Shown: positions 1 through 12,387 of the stretch, in pieces
How positions within the stretch are numbered: the first letter of the stretch is position 1
Layout: the number at the start of each line of letters is the position of its first letter
From: Octopus sinensis
Taxonomy: Eukaryota
Assembly: GCF_006345805.1 (NCBI RefSeq)
Contig: NC_042998.1
Span: forward strand, 4,092,001 to 4,156,000
Length of the DNA: 64,000 nucleotides
Reading direction: 5' to 3'
Position numbers and translations under genes: made by a program
The notes under the pieces: model-generated
The model's input: only the letters and a program-made list of their open reading frames with translations
Told to the model about the DNA's origin: nothing
The model's database searches: none

Positions 1-270
1 TTTTTGTGTAAAGTAATTTAGGAGAGAGCTGGACACAAGCGAAATGAATTTGTATCTAGAATGATGAAAAACTTAAAACTGTAAGAAACTAGATGTAATT
101 TACGCTCGAAAATATTTTAGTGAAGGTATAAATCGATCTTAATATTATTAGCGACAATGAAGTCGGTGAGCTGGCAGAACCAATAGCATGCTGGACAAAA
201 TACATATCAATATTTAGTATTAGTCACACGAGTTCGACTCCAGGCTGTAACTTGAATATTAATAATAATG

Positions 271-301
<31 letters not shown>

Positions 302-327
302 TGATGATGATGATAATAACAACAATA

Positions 328-500
328 ATAATATCGAAAATACCTTAGGAATGAGAACCTAGGTTCGAAATTTGCCCAAGACACCTGATGAAGGCTGGAG
401 GGTATATCTGCCGAAACGTTGTGTTAACAACAAACACGATGAGGACAATATCCGTCGAATGTAAATAATGTACATAATTCCTCATCTTTTAAATATAGAA
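328..500 (+). mobile_element. Penelope-like (PLE) pseudo-LTR-type short repeat carrying a hammerhead motif
   Basis: ~170-bp non-coding segment after an (AAT/GAT)n tract, containing CTGATGA...GAAAC. Minimal hammerheads in short repeats are typical of metazoan PLE pLTRs. No PLE ORF is nearby. Confidence 0.55.
380..425 (+). ncRNA. Minimal type I hammerhead ribozyme
   Basis: gacac-CTGATGA(385-391)-a-ggctg..ctgcc (stem II, one mismatch)-GAAAC(413-417)-GT-T-gtgtt. Stem I is gacac/gtgtt and stem III is the palindrome ACGT. Confidence 0.7.
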
Positions 501-1189
501 ATGTAGGCCTTCAATCAAAAGATAAAAATAAAATTGTCCTGCGATTTGAATGAATTCAAAACGCAAAAATGCTGCCAAATTATAAAAATGTTCTCTTATA
601 TGTTTGTGCCATCATGACGCGGTGAGGTGTCAAATTCGTCTCATTTCTCGGTGTATATTTTAACTAAATTGGGAATGCTCAACATGACAGTTAAATATAA
701 AACACTATAGGAATCATTATTCGTTGTAGTTTAGAAGTTAAATATTAAAGAATTCAGAGTGAGTCATATACTATTTAAGAATTTATGCTTTGATTTATTG
801 AATAAAAAGAGAAAAAGATCAGAAATGCTGCTGCAACAGTGTGTAACGACAACAGCAATAATATTTCCATCAATCATGAGATACATTGTAATATGTACCC
901 AGAGGCTGACTGTTTTTCTACAATATTGGCGATTTTCAAAATGATTAAATTCTGGTTGTTGAATTGTTCAATCTATCAAAAGATTATGACACTAACTTTA
1001 CAATTTCTTCAAAACTACGTAACATTACTGTACTGTTGAAGAAAACACGATGTTGCACTATTGAAGAGAACATGTTCAACAGACTCGACCAGGTTTATAA
1101 TCTCTGTTCATAGAGATAGTACCGATTTGGAGTGAAGTATTTGGGTTCTATATAGCTGAAGCTTGCAGAAAGTTAGGGTGGAATGAAAC

Positions 1190-1700
1190 GATTGTATCGT
1201 CTGCGTCAGAGTAGCCGTTGGCGGACGTGATGGCAACTAGCTCGTTGGTATATAGGCGAAAGAAGGAAGAGGAAAACCTAAACCCTGCTCTATACTAGAG
1301 TTGACTGAAAGCGATGTAGAAAGAACTCCATCAGCAAAAACCACTTCAGACTGATGAAAAGCCACCGGTTTAAGAAATGTTAGAACGACGAGCTCTATAG
1401 ACGGAAAATGTTACCAGAAGATTTGTGTGGCAAACACAGTCAAAAGGTTGGCTGTATCAAATCCGACAGCATCGGTTTCATAAAATCTTTTTAGGATGAA
1501 AAGTCAGTGGTGCCATAGAGCATCGTCCTATAGAATTGGCTTTACGAAAACCGCGCTGGCAGAGAAGGAGAGAGATAAGAGATATTCAAAGTGATTGACA
1601 AGGTTGTAGTTAACTGTTACCACCATTAATTTTGGGACGTCGGACATGTGAGGAACTAAACGACAACAGATAGGATAATAAACCCAACGTCCTGGGAGTG
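1190..1700 (+). mobile_element. Possible degenerate RTE-type LINE 5' region
   Basis: ggcaac...gaaggaagaggaaaacctaaacc resembles RTE 5' UTRs, and gggacgtcggacatgtgaggaacta near 1635 resembles a frameshifted GTWNVRTL start of an APE domain. Weak. Confidence 0.25.
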
Positions 1701-1705
1701 GGACA

Positions 1706-1929
1706 TACTTATTTCTTTACTACCCACAAGGGGCTAAACACAGAGAGGACAAACAAGGACAGACAAACAGATTAAGTCGATTATATCGACCCCAGTGCGT
1801 AACTGGTACTTATTTAATCGACCCCGAAAGGATGAAAGGCAAAGTCGACCTCGGCGGAATTTGAACTCAGAACGTAACGGCAGACAAAATACGGCTACGC
1901 ATTTCGCCCGGCGTGCTAACGCTTCTGCC
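1706..1929 (-). mobile_element. tRNA-derived SINE, family B (tail variant B1)
   Basis: Reverse complement of ...gcagaagcgttagcacgccgggcgaaatgc...gagttcaaattccgccgaggtcgactttgcctttcatcctttcggggtcg...ccccttgtgggtagtaaagaaata. B-box-like GAGTTCAAATTCC. Near-identical copies at 7103, 37308, 40193 and 48033. Confidence 0.85.
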
Positions 1930-3184
1930 ACGTGTTACCGAATGTGTTACCACTTTAATTGCTTTTGTTGTTGCAGTGTCTATTGTTGGTAGTTTTGTTG
2001 TCTATCTTTTGGTGATGCTATTCTGTTGTGCGTTGCCAGAAACTAAGGACATAACTCGAATTAGCAGCTTAATTAAAAAACACTATAATTTAAACATGCA
2101 TCTATCAGATAATTCTTAACTAATGCAACTGTAGATGGCCCCAACTATTTCTGTAACGATATTGACAGTTTAAGTAATAGGATAGACATTGATACTTTCC
2201 AGGAAATAGCAACATAAAGAACGGTAAACATAGCTGGGACATTCTTTTACAGCGTGTGTTAGTCTTTAATATATATTATAACCTTAAACATTCATGTTAA
2301 CCTTGGATGTTTCCTTTAACCATGAATAACATTGTTAACCTTTGGCACGTCTATTAATATTTCCCAGTATATTTCTAATACGTGTTTCAAGACAGTTAGC
2401 ACTTGTACTTCTCAAACAATGAATATTAAAGCTGATAATATTAATGAATTACGTACACACGTAATGTATAGAAAATAACACTATCAGACATTATATTCAC
2501 GTTACTTAGAGTACTTTCAATACAAATGAAAACCACAAATATAAAATAAAGCACTGCATGTACCCGAGGCATACTGAGCTAGACTGGTTCAGCAGTGAAA
2601 TCACGATATAACAATAGGAATATTGAAATTCTACTTTGGCACAAGTCCATAAGTGTAGGTAACGATAATAATGAACTGAATAGACTTCAATACATTATTT
2701 TATAAGAACATGACAATGTGAGGATACTATGAAATTTTAGTTTGCAGACAGACCACCAGCTAGTGCATAATAAACTTGACAAAATTTCTAATGATGAAAA
2801 CGACAATAACGTGTTAATAATCATGATACAAATTCTGAATTATTAGAATACTTTGCAGAAGCAAGTGGAAAGACTGAAGAATTACACTGAATTAGGAATT
2901 GAATTAAAAATATTAGAGCAGATAATAAATATCTTGTTTATTCCATTTGTAATTTGTACAACTGGAAACATAGACGACTGCGTCTGTAAAATAATTGACT
3001 TATTACAAAATACACACAGGACTCTGTTAAGTATATCATTGTTAGCAAATATTCCTATGGTAATCTCACTGAAATTAGAAAAAAAAATTAGGCATCTATT
3101 TCTTTGGTACGTAACGCAAACCTATTTGACATAAATAAGATAACTCTTGATATGTCTCCCAAACCGAGAATAATAATAACAACC

Positions 3185-3398
3185 GTTTCAAATTTTGATA
3201 CAAGGCCAGCAGTTTCCTGGGAGAGGGGTAAGTTGATTATATCGACCCCAGTGCTCAACTGGTACTTATTTCATTGTCCTAGAAAGGATAAAAAGCTAAG
3301 TCAACAACGGTAGAATTTGAACGTGAAGGTGAAGACGGACGAAATGCCATTAAGTATTTCGCGGGGCGTGGTAACGATTCTGCCAGTTTTCCACCTTT
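3185..3398 (-). mobile_element. SINE family B (tail variant B2), diverged
   Basis: Same head and body as B1, with the alternative 3' tail (ggccttgtatcaaaatttgaaa on its sense strand). Confidence 0.75.
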
Positions 3399-3430
3399 CA
3401 TAACAACAACAACAACAACAACAACAACAA

Positions 3431-3555
3431 TTCTTTCTACTATAGGCACAAGGCCTGAAATTTGGGGAGAGGAGGCCGTCGATTACATCGACCCCAGTGC
3501 ATAACTGGTACTTATTTCATCGACCCCGAAACGAAGAAAGACAAAGTCGACCTCA
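3431..3555 (-). mobile_element. SINE family B2, 3' half
   Basis: ttctttctactataggcacaaggcctgaaattt...gtcgattacatcgaccccagtg...aaagtcgacctc, preceded by (AAC)n. Confidence 0.8.
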
Positions 3556-3597
3556 GATAATAATGATAATAATAATAACAACAACAATAATAATAAT

Positions 3598-4205
3598 TGG
3601 TGGGAACACAATCCTCCTCCGTGCTTGAAAATGACCACATCTCACTCCTCTGGAACTTCACTATTCAAACTGACAGAAAGATAGATGCAAATATGCCAGA
3701 CATCATATTGAAAGACTTCAGACAAAGAACATGCCTCGTCATTGATATGACTGTCCCAATCGATATAAACGTATCTGTCAAGACCTACCAAAAAACTGAG
3801 CAAATATAAAGATCTTGAAATAGAAATCAGCAAAATGTGGAAGCTGAAGACTAAAACAATACCTGTTGTCATAGGTGCCCTGGGAATGATAGCGAAAGGG
3901 GCTGATTGCTACCTAACTCAGATACCAGGAAACCCCAAAATGGCAGAAATTCAAAAGATAGTGCTCATGGGAACTGCTCATATCCTACGCAAAATACTCT
4001 CTATTTAATCCCAAGGTTTAAAACAAACTTTTATTATTTTAAAAAAATTTTATTTATTAGACATTCACTAGTACAACACCAAAAAAACCCCCAAATATAT
4101 GGCACACTAGGCATAACAACAACGTGAACTTCCAACCTGTTGTCTCTTGAGGTCTCTGGGTGAGACTTGGAGCCAACTTGTACAGACATAAAGCAAAAGT
4201 CAAAC

Positions 4206-4207
<2 letters not shown>
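3598..4207 (+). mobile_element. R4/Dong-like RLE LINE, 3' fragment (family D)
   Basis: LLWNFTIQTDRKIDANMPDIILKD...CLVIDMTVPID...KYKDLEIEI..MW..PVVIGALG is the PD-(D/E)xK RLE C-terminus. It is followed by a ~200-bp 3' UTR ending at (TAA)n. Confidence 0.85.
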
Positions 4208-4238
<31 letters not shown>

Positions 4239-4240
<2 letters not shown>

Positions 4241-4792
4241 GCCCTGATGCAGTACCAGACAGTGGCTCTCATGGCTTCTGATTTTAACTGATTGGAAGTG
4301 TTATCATGTACATTGTTTTGTCTTGGTATAAAAGATGGGCTACAGCAAATATTCTGCTCAATACCACAGATTTGCTTGTCAGTTGTTTGACCTTAACCAG
4401 TTGACTATGTCCCTTAGTGGCTGACGATATATGCATCTCCGATCACGAGCAGAAGTAGTGGGGGAGCATCATAGCCATGTGTTGAGAGGGATTCTTTGGG
4501 GTTTGAATAATTGACCTCTGGAAAAAAGTGTTTCGTTGAACATCCTTAAACAACCCTTCTTCAGGGACCTTTTGAGCAGGATGGGTTACTCGAGCAGAAC
4601 AAAATTCTAACTGGGCCCCACCTGCAAGGTCATGTGCTGTTTATCTTGATATGAGATCACCATGTCGCACACATATGGTTGTGATGCATGTGTCTGGTGT
4701 ACCCTTATCAGACGGGTGGTCATGATGGGTATATTGGGCTTCGTATATTTTACCCCAGTGTCACTTTGATGGCATGCACTGCTCTCTCACTC
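4239..4792 (+). mobile_element. ~555-bp non-coding (AAT)n-associated element M, copy 1
   Basis: Starts atgccctgatg and ends ctctctcactc, with (AAT)n on both sides. A second full copy lies at 4852 and partial copies at 16751 and 61568. No ORF or tRNA head recognised. Confidence 0.8.
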
Positions 4793-4851
<59 letters not shown>

Positions 4852-4853
<2 letters not shown>

Positions 4854-5407
4854 GCCCTGATGAAGTACCAGGCAGTGGCTCTCATGGCTTCTGATCTGAA
4901 CTGATTGGAAGTGTTATCATGTACATTGTTTTGTCTTGGTATAAAAGATGGGCTACAGCAAATATTCTGCTCAATACCACAGATTTGCTTGTCAGTTGTT
5001 TGACCTTAGCCAGTTGAGCATGTCCCTTAGTGGCTGACGATATGTGCATCTCTGATCACGAGCAGAAGTAGTGGGGGAGCATCATAGCCATGTGTTGAGA
5101 GGGATTCTTTGGGGTTTGAATAGTTCACCTCTGGAAACATGGGTGGTTCTTTCAACATCCTTAAACAACCCTTATTCAGGGACCGTTTGAGCGGGATGGG
5201 CTACTCAACCTGAAGAAAATTCTAACTGGGCCCCACCTGCAAGGTCATGTGCTGTTTATCTTGATATGAGATCACCATGTCGCGCACATATGGTTGTGAT
5301 GCATGTGCCTGGTGTACCTTTATCAGACGGGTAGTCATGATGGGTATATTGGGCTTCGTATATTTTACCCCAGTGTCACTTTGATGGCATGAACTGCTCT
5401 CTCACTC
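4852..5407 (+). mobile_element. Element M, copy 2
   Basis: Same termini as copy 1, roughly 90% identical by eye, separated from it by about 19 AAT units. Confidence 0.8.
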
Positions 5408-5704
5408 AATAATAATAATAATAATAACATCAACAACAACAGCAAAAATTAACGAAAGTGTCATCAACACATGTCCATGGGCAATGTTCTGTCAAAGATT
5501 AAATGCTGTAAAGGCGGACCCATAACAAAACCAACCAAAATAGAACAAAAAAAGAACTATTGACAGACAACCACGAATACTATGGAATGGCTGATTAATG
5601 ATTTACACTCACTACTATGCAACACTCCTCTTAAAACATACAGGTATAAGCTCATACAGTAAATAGAGTATCGCAGCGAATAGGAAACAGCGTGGACGTG
5701 TGAG

Positions 5705-5986
5705 AGGGAGTATTTTGCGTAGGATATGAGCAGTTCCCATGAGAACTATCTTTTGAATTTCTGCCATTTTGGGGTTTCCTGGTATCTGAGTTAGGTAGCA
5801 ACCAGCCCCTTTCGCTATCATTCCCAGGGCACCTATGATAACAGGTATTGTTTTAGTCTTCAGGTTCCACATTTTGCTGATTTCTATTTCAAGATCTTTA
5901 TATTTGCTCAGTTTTTGGTAGGTCTTGACAGATACGTTTATATCGATTAGGACAGTCATATCAATGAGGAGGCATATTCTTTGTCT
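5705..5986 (-). mobile_element. RLE LINE family D, C-terminal fragment
   Basis: ORF 5615..6019 contains ICLLIDMTVLIDINVSVKTYQKLSKYKDLEIEISKMW...GTAHILRKIL and is nearly identical to 3730-4000. Confidence 0.85.
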
Positions 5987-6335
5987 AGCAGGAAGATAGA
6001 TCAAATATGAAACCATCACGTGCAGGAATTAAAAATCCGGAAAAACAATGAAAGGAAACTGAGCTTTAATGTAAGTCATCTCAGGAAACCGAAAGATTGT
6101 TCTTATATGGAGTAATATAGATATTAAAAACAGCTTCTCTCAAATGCGCCACCGCAGCAACAAGTGCCTGAAAAGGTAAACACATGGACTGCAATACCTC
6201 TAGAGGAAAAATGCAGACCTGTGAGGAAAATTTTAATTATATCAATCACATATGCATCCATTCATATCTATACGAACCCTATATATACATGCACATTGTA
6301 TGCATCTTCTCGGTCTTTCGCTTATCTCTCTTTTT

Positions 6336-6547
6336 CTCTCTTTTACTTGTTTCAGTCATTTTGACTGCGGCCATGCTGGAGCACCGCCTTTAGTCGAGCA
6401 AATCGACCCCGGGACTTATTCTTTGTAAGCACAGTACTTATTCTATCGGTCTCTTTTGCCGAACCGCTAAGTGACGGAGACGTAAACACACCAGCATCGG
6501 TTGTCAAGCAATGCTAGGGGAACAAACACAGACACACAAACACACAT

Positions 6548-6586
<39 letters not shown>

Positions 6587-6757
6587 CATATATACGACAG
6601 GCTTCTTTCAGTTTCCGTCTACCAAATGCACTCACAAGGCATTGGTCAGCCCGGGGCTATAGCAGAAGACACTTGCCCAAGATGTCACGCAGTGGGACTG
6701 AACCCGGAACCATGTGGTTGGTTAGCAAGCTACTTACCACACAGCCACTCCTGCGCC
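6336..6757 (-). mobile_element. tRNA-derived SINE, family A (CORE-like middle, internal AC/AT microsatellite, GTAAAAGA-repeat tail)
   Basis: Sense strand reads ggcgcaggagtggctgtgtggtaag (A box)...ccgggttcagtcccac (B box)...catcttgggcaagtgtctt (similar to MIR CORE gaccttgggcaagttactt). Many copies in the window. Confidence 0.9.
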
Positions 6758-7102
6758 TATACATCAATAATAATTATAAATACGAAAGAAACATCATTAC
6801 ATGTCCATGAGCGGTTTCTTGTCAAAAAGTAAGCGCTGTAAAGACTGGCCCATAACAAAACCAAGAAACACACGGACACACACACACACGCGGTCGATAT
6901 CGCTGCCGAGACAACAGTCTTTTGATCGTACCGCCGGTCGCCGCCGGTTGCCGCCGCCTCAGCGGCAGCCAGCTTTTTAGTCGCCCCGAACAACGCTGCT
7001 AATCGCTTGCCTCCAAGTTTACTTACTGGTACGACTACTCAATGCACCCCTCTGCGTAGAGCTTCCGGCGATTTGCCGGACGGTCCACGTCACGGTATCG
7101 AC

Positions 7103-7279
7103 TACTACGTTCCGAGTTCAAATTCCGCCGAGGTCGACTTTGCCTTTCATCCTTTCGGGGTCGATTATATAAGTACCAGTTACGCACTGGGGGGTTGATA
7201 TAATCGATTTAATCCGTTTGTCTGTCCTTGTTTGTCCCCTCTGTGTTTAACCCCTTGTGGGTAATAAAGAAATAGGTAT
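7103..7279 (+). mobile_element. SINE family B1, 5'-truncated, with TSD
   Basis: Flanked by the direct repeat ggtatcgactac at 7094-7105 and 7275-7286. Confidence 0.85.
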
Positions 7280-7663
7280 CGACTACGTTGCTCACGCGGC
7301 CCTGCCAGCGACAGTCGCCAGGCTGCCAGCATCAGCACAACATGTGTAAACACTCTCGCCACACTGACAAAGCGCTGGACTACACCCGAATAAGTAATAC
7401 TCATTAAAAGCGTTGGACTATATCCGAGTGCGTACATATTGGACTATATCCGATTAAGTACACATCACAAACACGTAAATAGGTAAACTAATTAATCCCG
7501 TTTATACCTCGCTTTTACATGAAAACATTCTAATATTTCAAAACAACATTAAGTAATGTATAAAGAAGGGCACTCACACACATAAGCGACTCGAATAAAA
7601 GCAAATAACAAAGACTTGTCATTATTGATCACAAAAGCATTAAACAGCTATACATACATACAT

Positions 7664-7714
<51 letters not shown>

Positions 7715-7719
7715 ATACC

Positions 7720-10700
7720 CCACCCCCACGGCAGCAGAGGAAACGATGAAAATACAGTTCCTACTGATAAAAGTAATTTCATAGCCGAAAACAGAGGTGA
7801 AATCTCTAATAAACCACAGGAAAGGAACAGTGATAGCTTGCTCGGTGAGAGACATAAATGGTTTGGAAGAAGACAATAAAACTAACGGTGGGCAAGGCAA
7901 AGATACAGGAGAACGATAGCGACATTATTTGTAACCTTAAAAAAGGTCGATCGGTGGAAATTGAACAAAGACACGGAAAATATGAATGAAATCCTGAAAC
8001 ACATCAGCACAAAAAACATCACAGAAAGAAATAATTTGATTAAGGCAGCAAGTATTGATGTTGCAGAAAATGTTGGTGTTGATGTGAAGAAAAAGAAATA
8101 TATCGGGAGTTCCATGGTGGAAAAGATGAATACAGGTAGGGTTAGATATGCTCTCGAAGGACATTTCTGTGTTAGACCGAAAAGAGAAAGGGGAGCTTAA
8201 AAGTGAACAAAAAATACAGGCCACTGAACAGGAATTATAATATTGAAAGAAAGGCCTGAAAGTGGTAATGGAGGAACTGAAACAGCGCCTCGTTGCTAAA
8301 AAAGCAAAGGTGGTAAGATACGACCAAAGAATGAAGAGATACCGGCAGAATAGGTTAATCAGAGTAGATCAGAAGAGATTCTACAAAGAAATAAATGGAG
8401 AGTGTACAAATGATAAGTCGATACCATTAAAAATCAAAGGTTTTGGAGTGACGTCCGGAGCAAAGACAAGGAACACAAAGAAGATACTGAGTGATTGCAA
8501 GAGCTGAAACAAACAGTAGTATGTCCATAACAAGCAGAACTAGACATTTCAGTTAGGGAAGTGGAGAAAACCAACAAAAAAGGTGGGGGGAGGAAACGGA
8601 AAGCCCCCTGGATCAGATGGACTTCAAGGCTACTGGATCAAAAGATTTGGCGAATGTCATACACGAATAGCTGCACAACTCAACATCTTGTTGAATGCCG
8701 ACCAAGTAACAGCAGAGTGGTTGACAATGGGTAAGACAATGTTGGGTAAGACATTGAAAAAGGCAATACAGGAGATAATTACAGGCCGAAATCCTGCTTG
8801 CCACTTATGTGAAATTATTAACTGGAATAGTCGCAGAGTCAATGTACGGACATCTTGAAAAAATGGAATCCTGTCACATAAGCAGAAGGGTTGCAAGCAT
8901 AAGTGTAAAGGTACCAATGATCAACTCCTGGTAGACAAAACTGTACTCAGAGACTGCAAGAGGAGGATAACTTAACCATGCCATCGGTCGATTATCGTAA
9001 AGCGTACGATATGATCCCACATTCTTGGATTACGGAATGTTGAGTGATTGCTTGGAAAAAGCATGGAGAAGTGGAGAACAGAACTGACAGCATATGGAAG
9101 AAGTTTAGGGAAATAGAAATCAGGAAAGACATCTTCCAAGGGGATTGCCTGTGCCCACTGATCTTTGTACTGTGAATTATACCACTAACACTGATTGTGA
9201 GGAAAGCAAAGGCTGGGTATGTATTCAAGGGCCGCTAACAAAAAGTCAACCACTTGTTATTCATGGATGACCTCAAACTTTATGGCAAAGATGATTCCCA
9301 ATTCAGGTCCCTCGTTGATACGGTGTATACTTTCAGTACTGATATCAGAATGGAGTTCGGACTGTAAAAGTGTGATGTGTTAGAGAAGCAAAATCAAATG
9401 CATGGACGGGCTAGCGATACCGTCGGGGAGGTTATGAAGCAGATAGAAGAGACGGGCTATAAGTACTTAGGGATATTGGAAATGGATAAATTGATAAAGA
9501 AAGAAATGGCAGAAAAAAATTAAGTTGGAATACTTGCGCAGACTGAGACTGATCTTTAAGTCGAAATCAAACGAACGGAATAAGATTGAAGCTATCAACA
9601 TCTGGGCAATTTCACTCCTTAAATATCGAGCAGGGGTAATCGCATGGTCAGTAGACGGACTAAACAACTTAGACAGAAAGAAACGGCAGTTGCTAACTAG
9701 ATTTGGGATACTCCACCCAAAATGTGACACAGACAGACTATATGTCCCTAGAAAAGGAGGGGAAAGAGGACTGATTGGATGCGAACACAGCATCAGAGCA
9801 GAAGAAAACAACATAGCATAGTATGTAAAAATGCCACAGAACCGCTATTATTGGAAGTAAGAAGGTTTATGGCTCGTGTAGGATGGAAGATTGCAAAGAT
9901 AAAGCACTGTACAGGGACTTGAGAACGAATGAAACTGAAAATAGGTTGATAAAGGAAAGAATGCATAGACAATTTCATAGGGATGTTGAAGATAAGACAG
10001 ACAGAGAACGCAGAGGACTATGGTTGACGAAAAGGGATCTAAAACTGGAGACAGAGGCTCTAATCTCTGCTGCCTAAGAGCAAGCAATAAGAGCCAATTA
10101 TATCAAATACAAAATAGACAACACATCAGAAGGAGATAAGTGCAGAATTTGTGGAAAAAGTGGTGAAACCGTATGACATATTGCCAGTCATTGTGCGCCA
10201 CTATCCTAGAAAGAATATAAGAGACGTCATGACAACATAGCAAGGACTATTCACTGGACACTTGGCAACAAGTATGGACTTGACGGAGCAAAAAAGTGGT
10301 ACGAATATAAACCCGAAGTCATCAACGAAAATGATAATGCAAAGATCCTATGGGATTTTATGATTCAGTGCGCCCATGAGATAGAGAATAAAAAAACAGA
10401 CATAGTGTTAATTGAGAAAGAAAGCAAACGATGCTGGATCACAGATATAGCATACCCAGTTGGCAACAAGGTATGCGATAGAGAAGAAAGATAAGTCGAT
10501 AGACATGACAGGTTAGCTTGGGAGGTTAAGCTGTTGTGGTCGCTGAAAAAGATGGTAGTAATACCAATAATTGTCGGAGCTCTGGGAAAATCTTGAGAAG
10601 TACATGGAACAAATAGGGGCTGCAATAACGGTGAAGCACTTGCAGAAAGCAGCACTGTTTGGAACCACTAGAATACTCCGAATAGATTCTACCTTAGTTC

Positions 10701-10763
10701 ACTGGTAGTGAACAGCTGACACCGTAGTACATTTCCAGCGTTAGAAGCTGCGCAAAGGCAATG
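7720..10763 (+). mobile_element. R4/Dong-like RLE LINE (family B), long degenerate copy
   Basis: Disrupted reading: LKKVDRWKL..NEILKHIST..., [95 protein letters not shown]. Ends at (TAA)n 10764-10835. Confidence 0.9.
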
Positions 10764-10778
10764 ATAATAATAATAATA

Positions 10779-10835
<57 letters not shown>

Positions 10836-11009
10836 GGAGAAGAGCGCCAGCCTTGACAGCGGCTGGACGTGTTCCTCACTGCTCTGACAGTTCGGTGGCT
10901 GAAAGCCATAGAAACACTAATATGGGCCAGTTTAGCAACGGGGAAAAATAACTCTCAAAGACTGGAACATCTACAATACCTCGTGAGTATTTGAAATTCT
11001 CTTCAAAGT

Positions 11010-11920
11010 GGGTTAAGAAATTTACAAATTTACATATCTGCAGCTTTCAAACATACATCCGATCGGCTTTAAAAACTTTAATACCCACAACTGCCTCTGT
11101 AAGCACCCTTTTTTTTTCTTCTCTCTAAAAACATCACGCTTTTCTTTTTGTGGACTTGCAAAACCCTAAAACTTTCTATGAAAATCTGACTTTTCTTTGT
11201 TTCCTCCCTGAATATTCAAATATAAATGTAAACATACACTCTTTATTGCAAAAATACACCTGTTCTTCTAACTGGACATACAAACATCTCTAGAGGGGTC
11301 AACTTCAACCTCCACAATATTACCTTGCACGAAATATACAAACACGTTTTATTGCAATAACACAAACGCACATGGAAAAAATAATGATGCTAAGATTCTC
11401 TCTGGTCGAACACAACTTCTCTATTCACAAATAATACAGAACAGCCCTTCAAAATAAGTTAAGAAAATTTACAAATTTACATGTCTACAGTTTTCAATCA
11501 TACATTCGACCAGCTTTAAAAACTTTGATACCCACAATTGCCTCTGTAAACATCCTTTTTTCCTTTTTTTCGTTTTTTTTTCTTCTCCCTAAAAACATCA
11601 CGCTTTTCTTTTTGTGGACTTACAAAACCCTAAAACTTTCTATGAAAATCTGACTTTTCTTTGCTTCCTCCCTGAATATTCAAATATAAATGTAAACATA
11701 CTTTTTATTGTAAAAACACACCTGTTCTTCTAACTGGACATACAAACATCTCTAGAAAAGTCAACTTCAACCTCCACAATATTACCTTACAGGAAATATA
11801 CAAACACGTTTTATTGCAATAACACAAACGCACATGGATAAAAAAAAAAATGATGATGCTAACATTCTCTCTGGTCGAACACAACTTCTCTATTCACAAA
11901 CAATACAGAACAGCCCTTCC
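11010..11920. repeat. Two-copy tandem duplication, ~450-bp unit
   Basis: aagaaa(a)tttacaaatttaca...cagaacagcccttc occurs at about 11015-11450 and 11460-11920 with scattered substitutions. Confidence 0.9.
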
Positions 11921-12387
11921 TTAATTTTTCTTAAGCCTAATAGTAGTAAACATCTGAACTTTTTTTGACCGATAGGACCCCACCTAAAAAAAAAAAAAAA
12001 AATCACTGATGGTGATGGTGATGATAGTGATGATGATAATAATGATAGTAATAGTGCTGATAATCAATCTATCTATCTACACACACACACTCAAAGAGTT
12101 CAACCAACACAAAGAAAGTATTATTTGACAGGCAAGAACTCTGGTGTTGAAGACAGTCAGCCAGCCAACCACCAAGCCAGCCAACGAGACAGACAGACAC
12201 TACTGTGATGGTGATAATGATAAAAAAAAACAAAAATAACAATAATAAGATACTGCTGTGACTACACATAAAACAATATCATTGATGATGATGGTGGTGA
12301 GGGTGATGGTGATGATGATAATGATGATGGTAATGGTGGTGATAATGATGATAGTGATGGTAATGGTGATGATAATAACAATAATAA

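Noticed and set aside
1345-1385. CTGATGA...GAAAT hammerhead-like string
   Set aside because: Stem II is plausible, but no stem I partner follows the putative cleavage site.
4852-4900. CTGATGA and a possible HDV-like L3 at the 5' end of element M
   Set aside because: No GAAA or stem II follows, copy 1 reads CTGATGC, and the P1/P3 pairings required for an HDV fold could not be formed.
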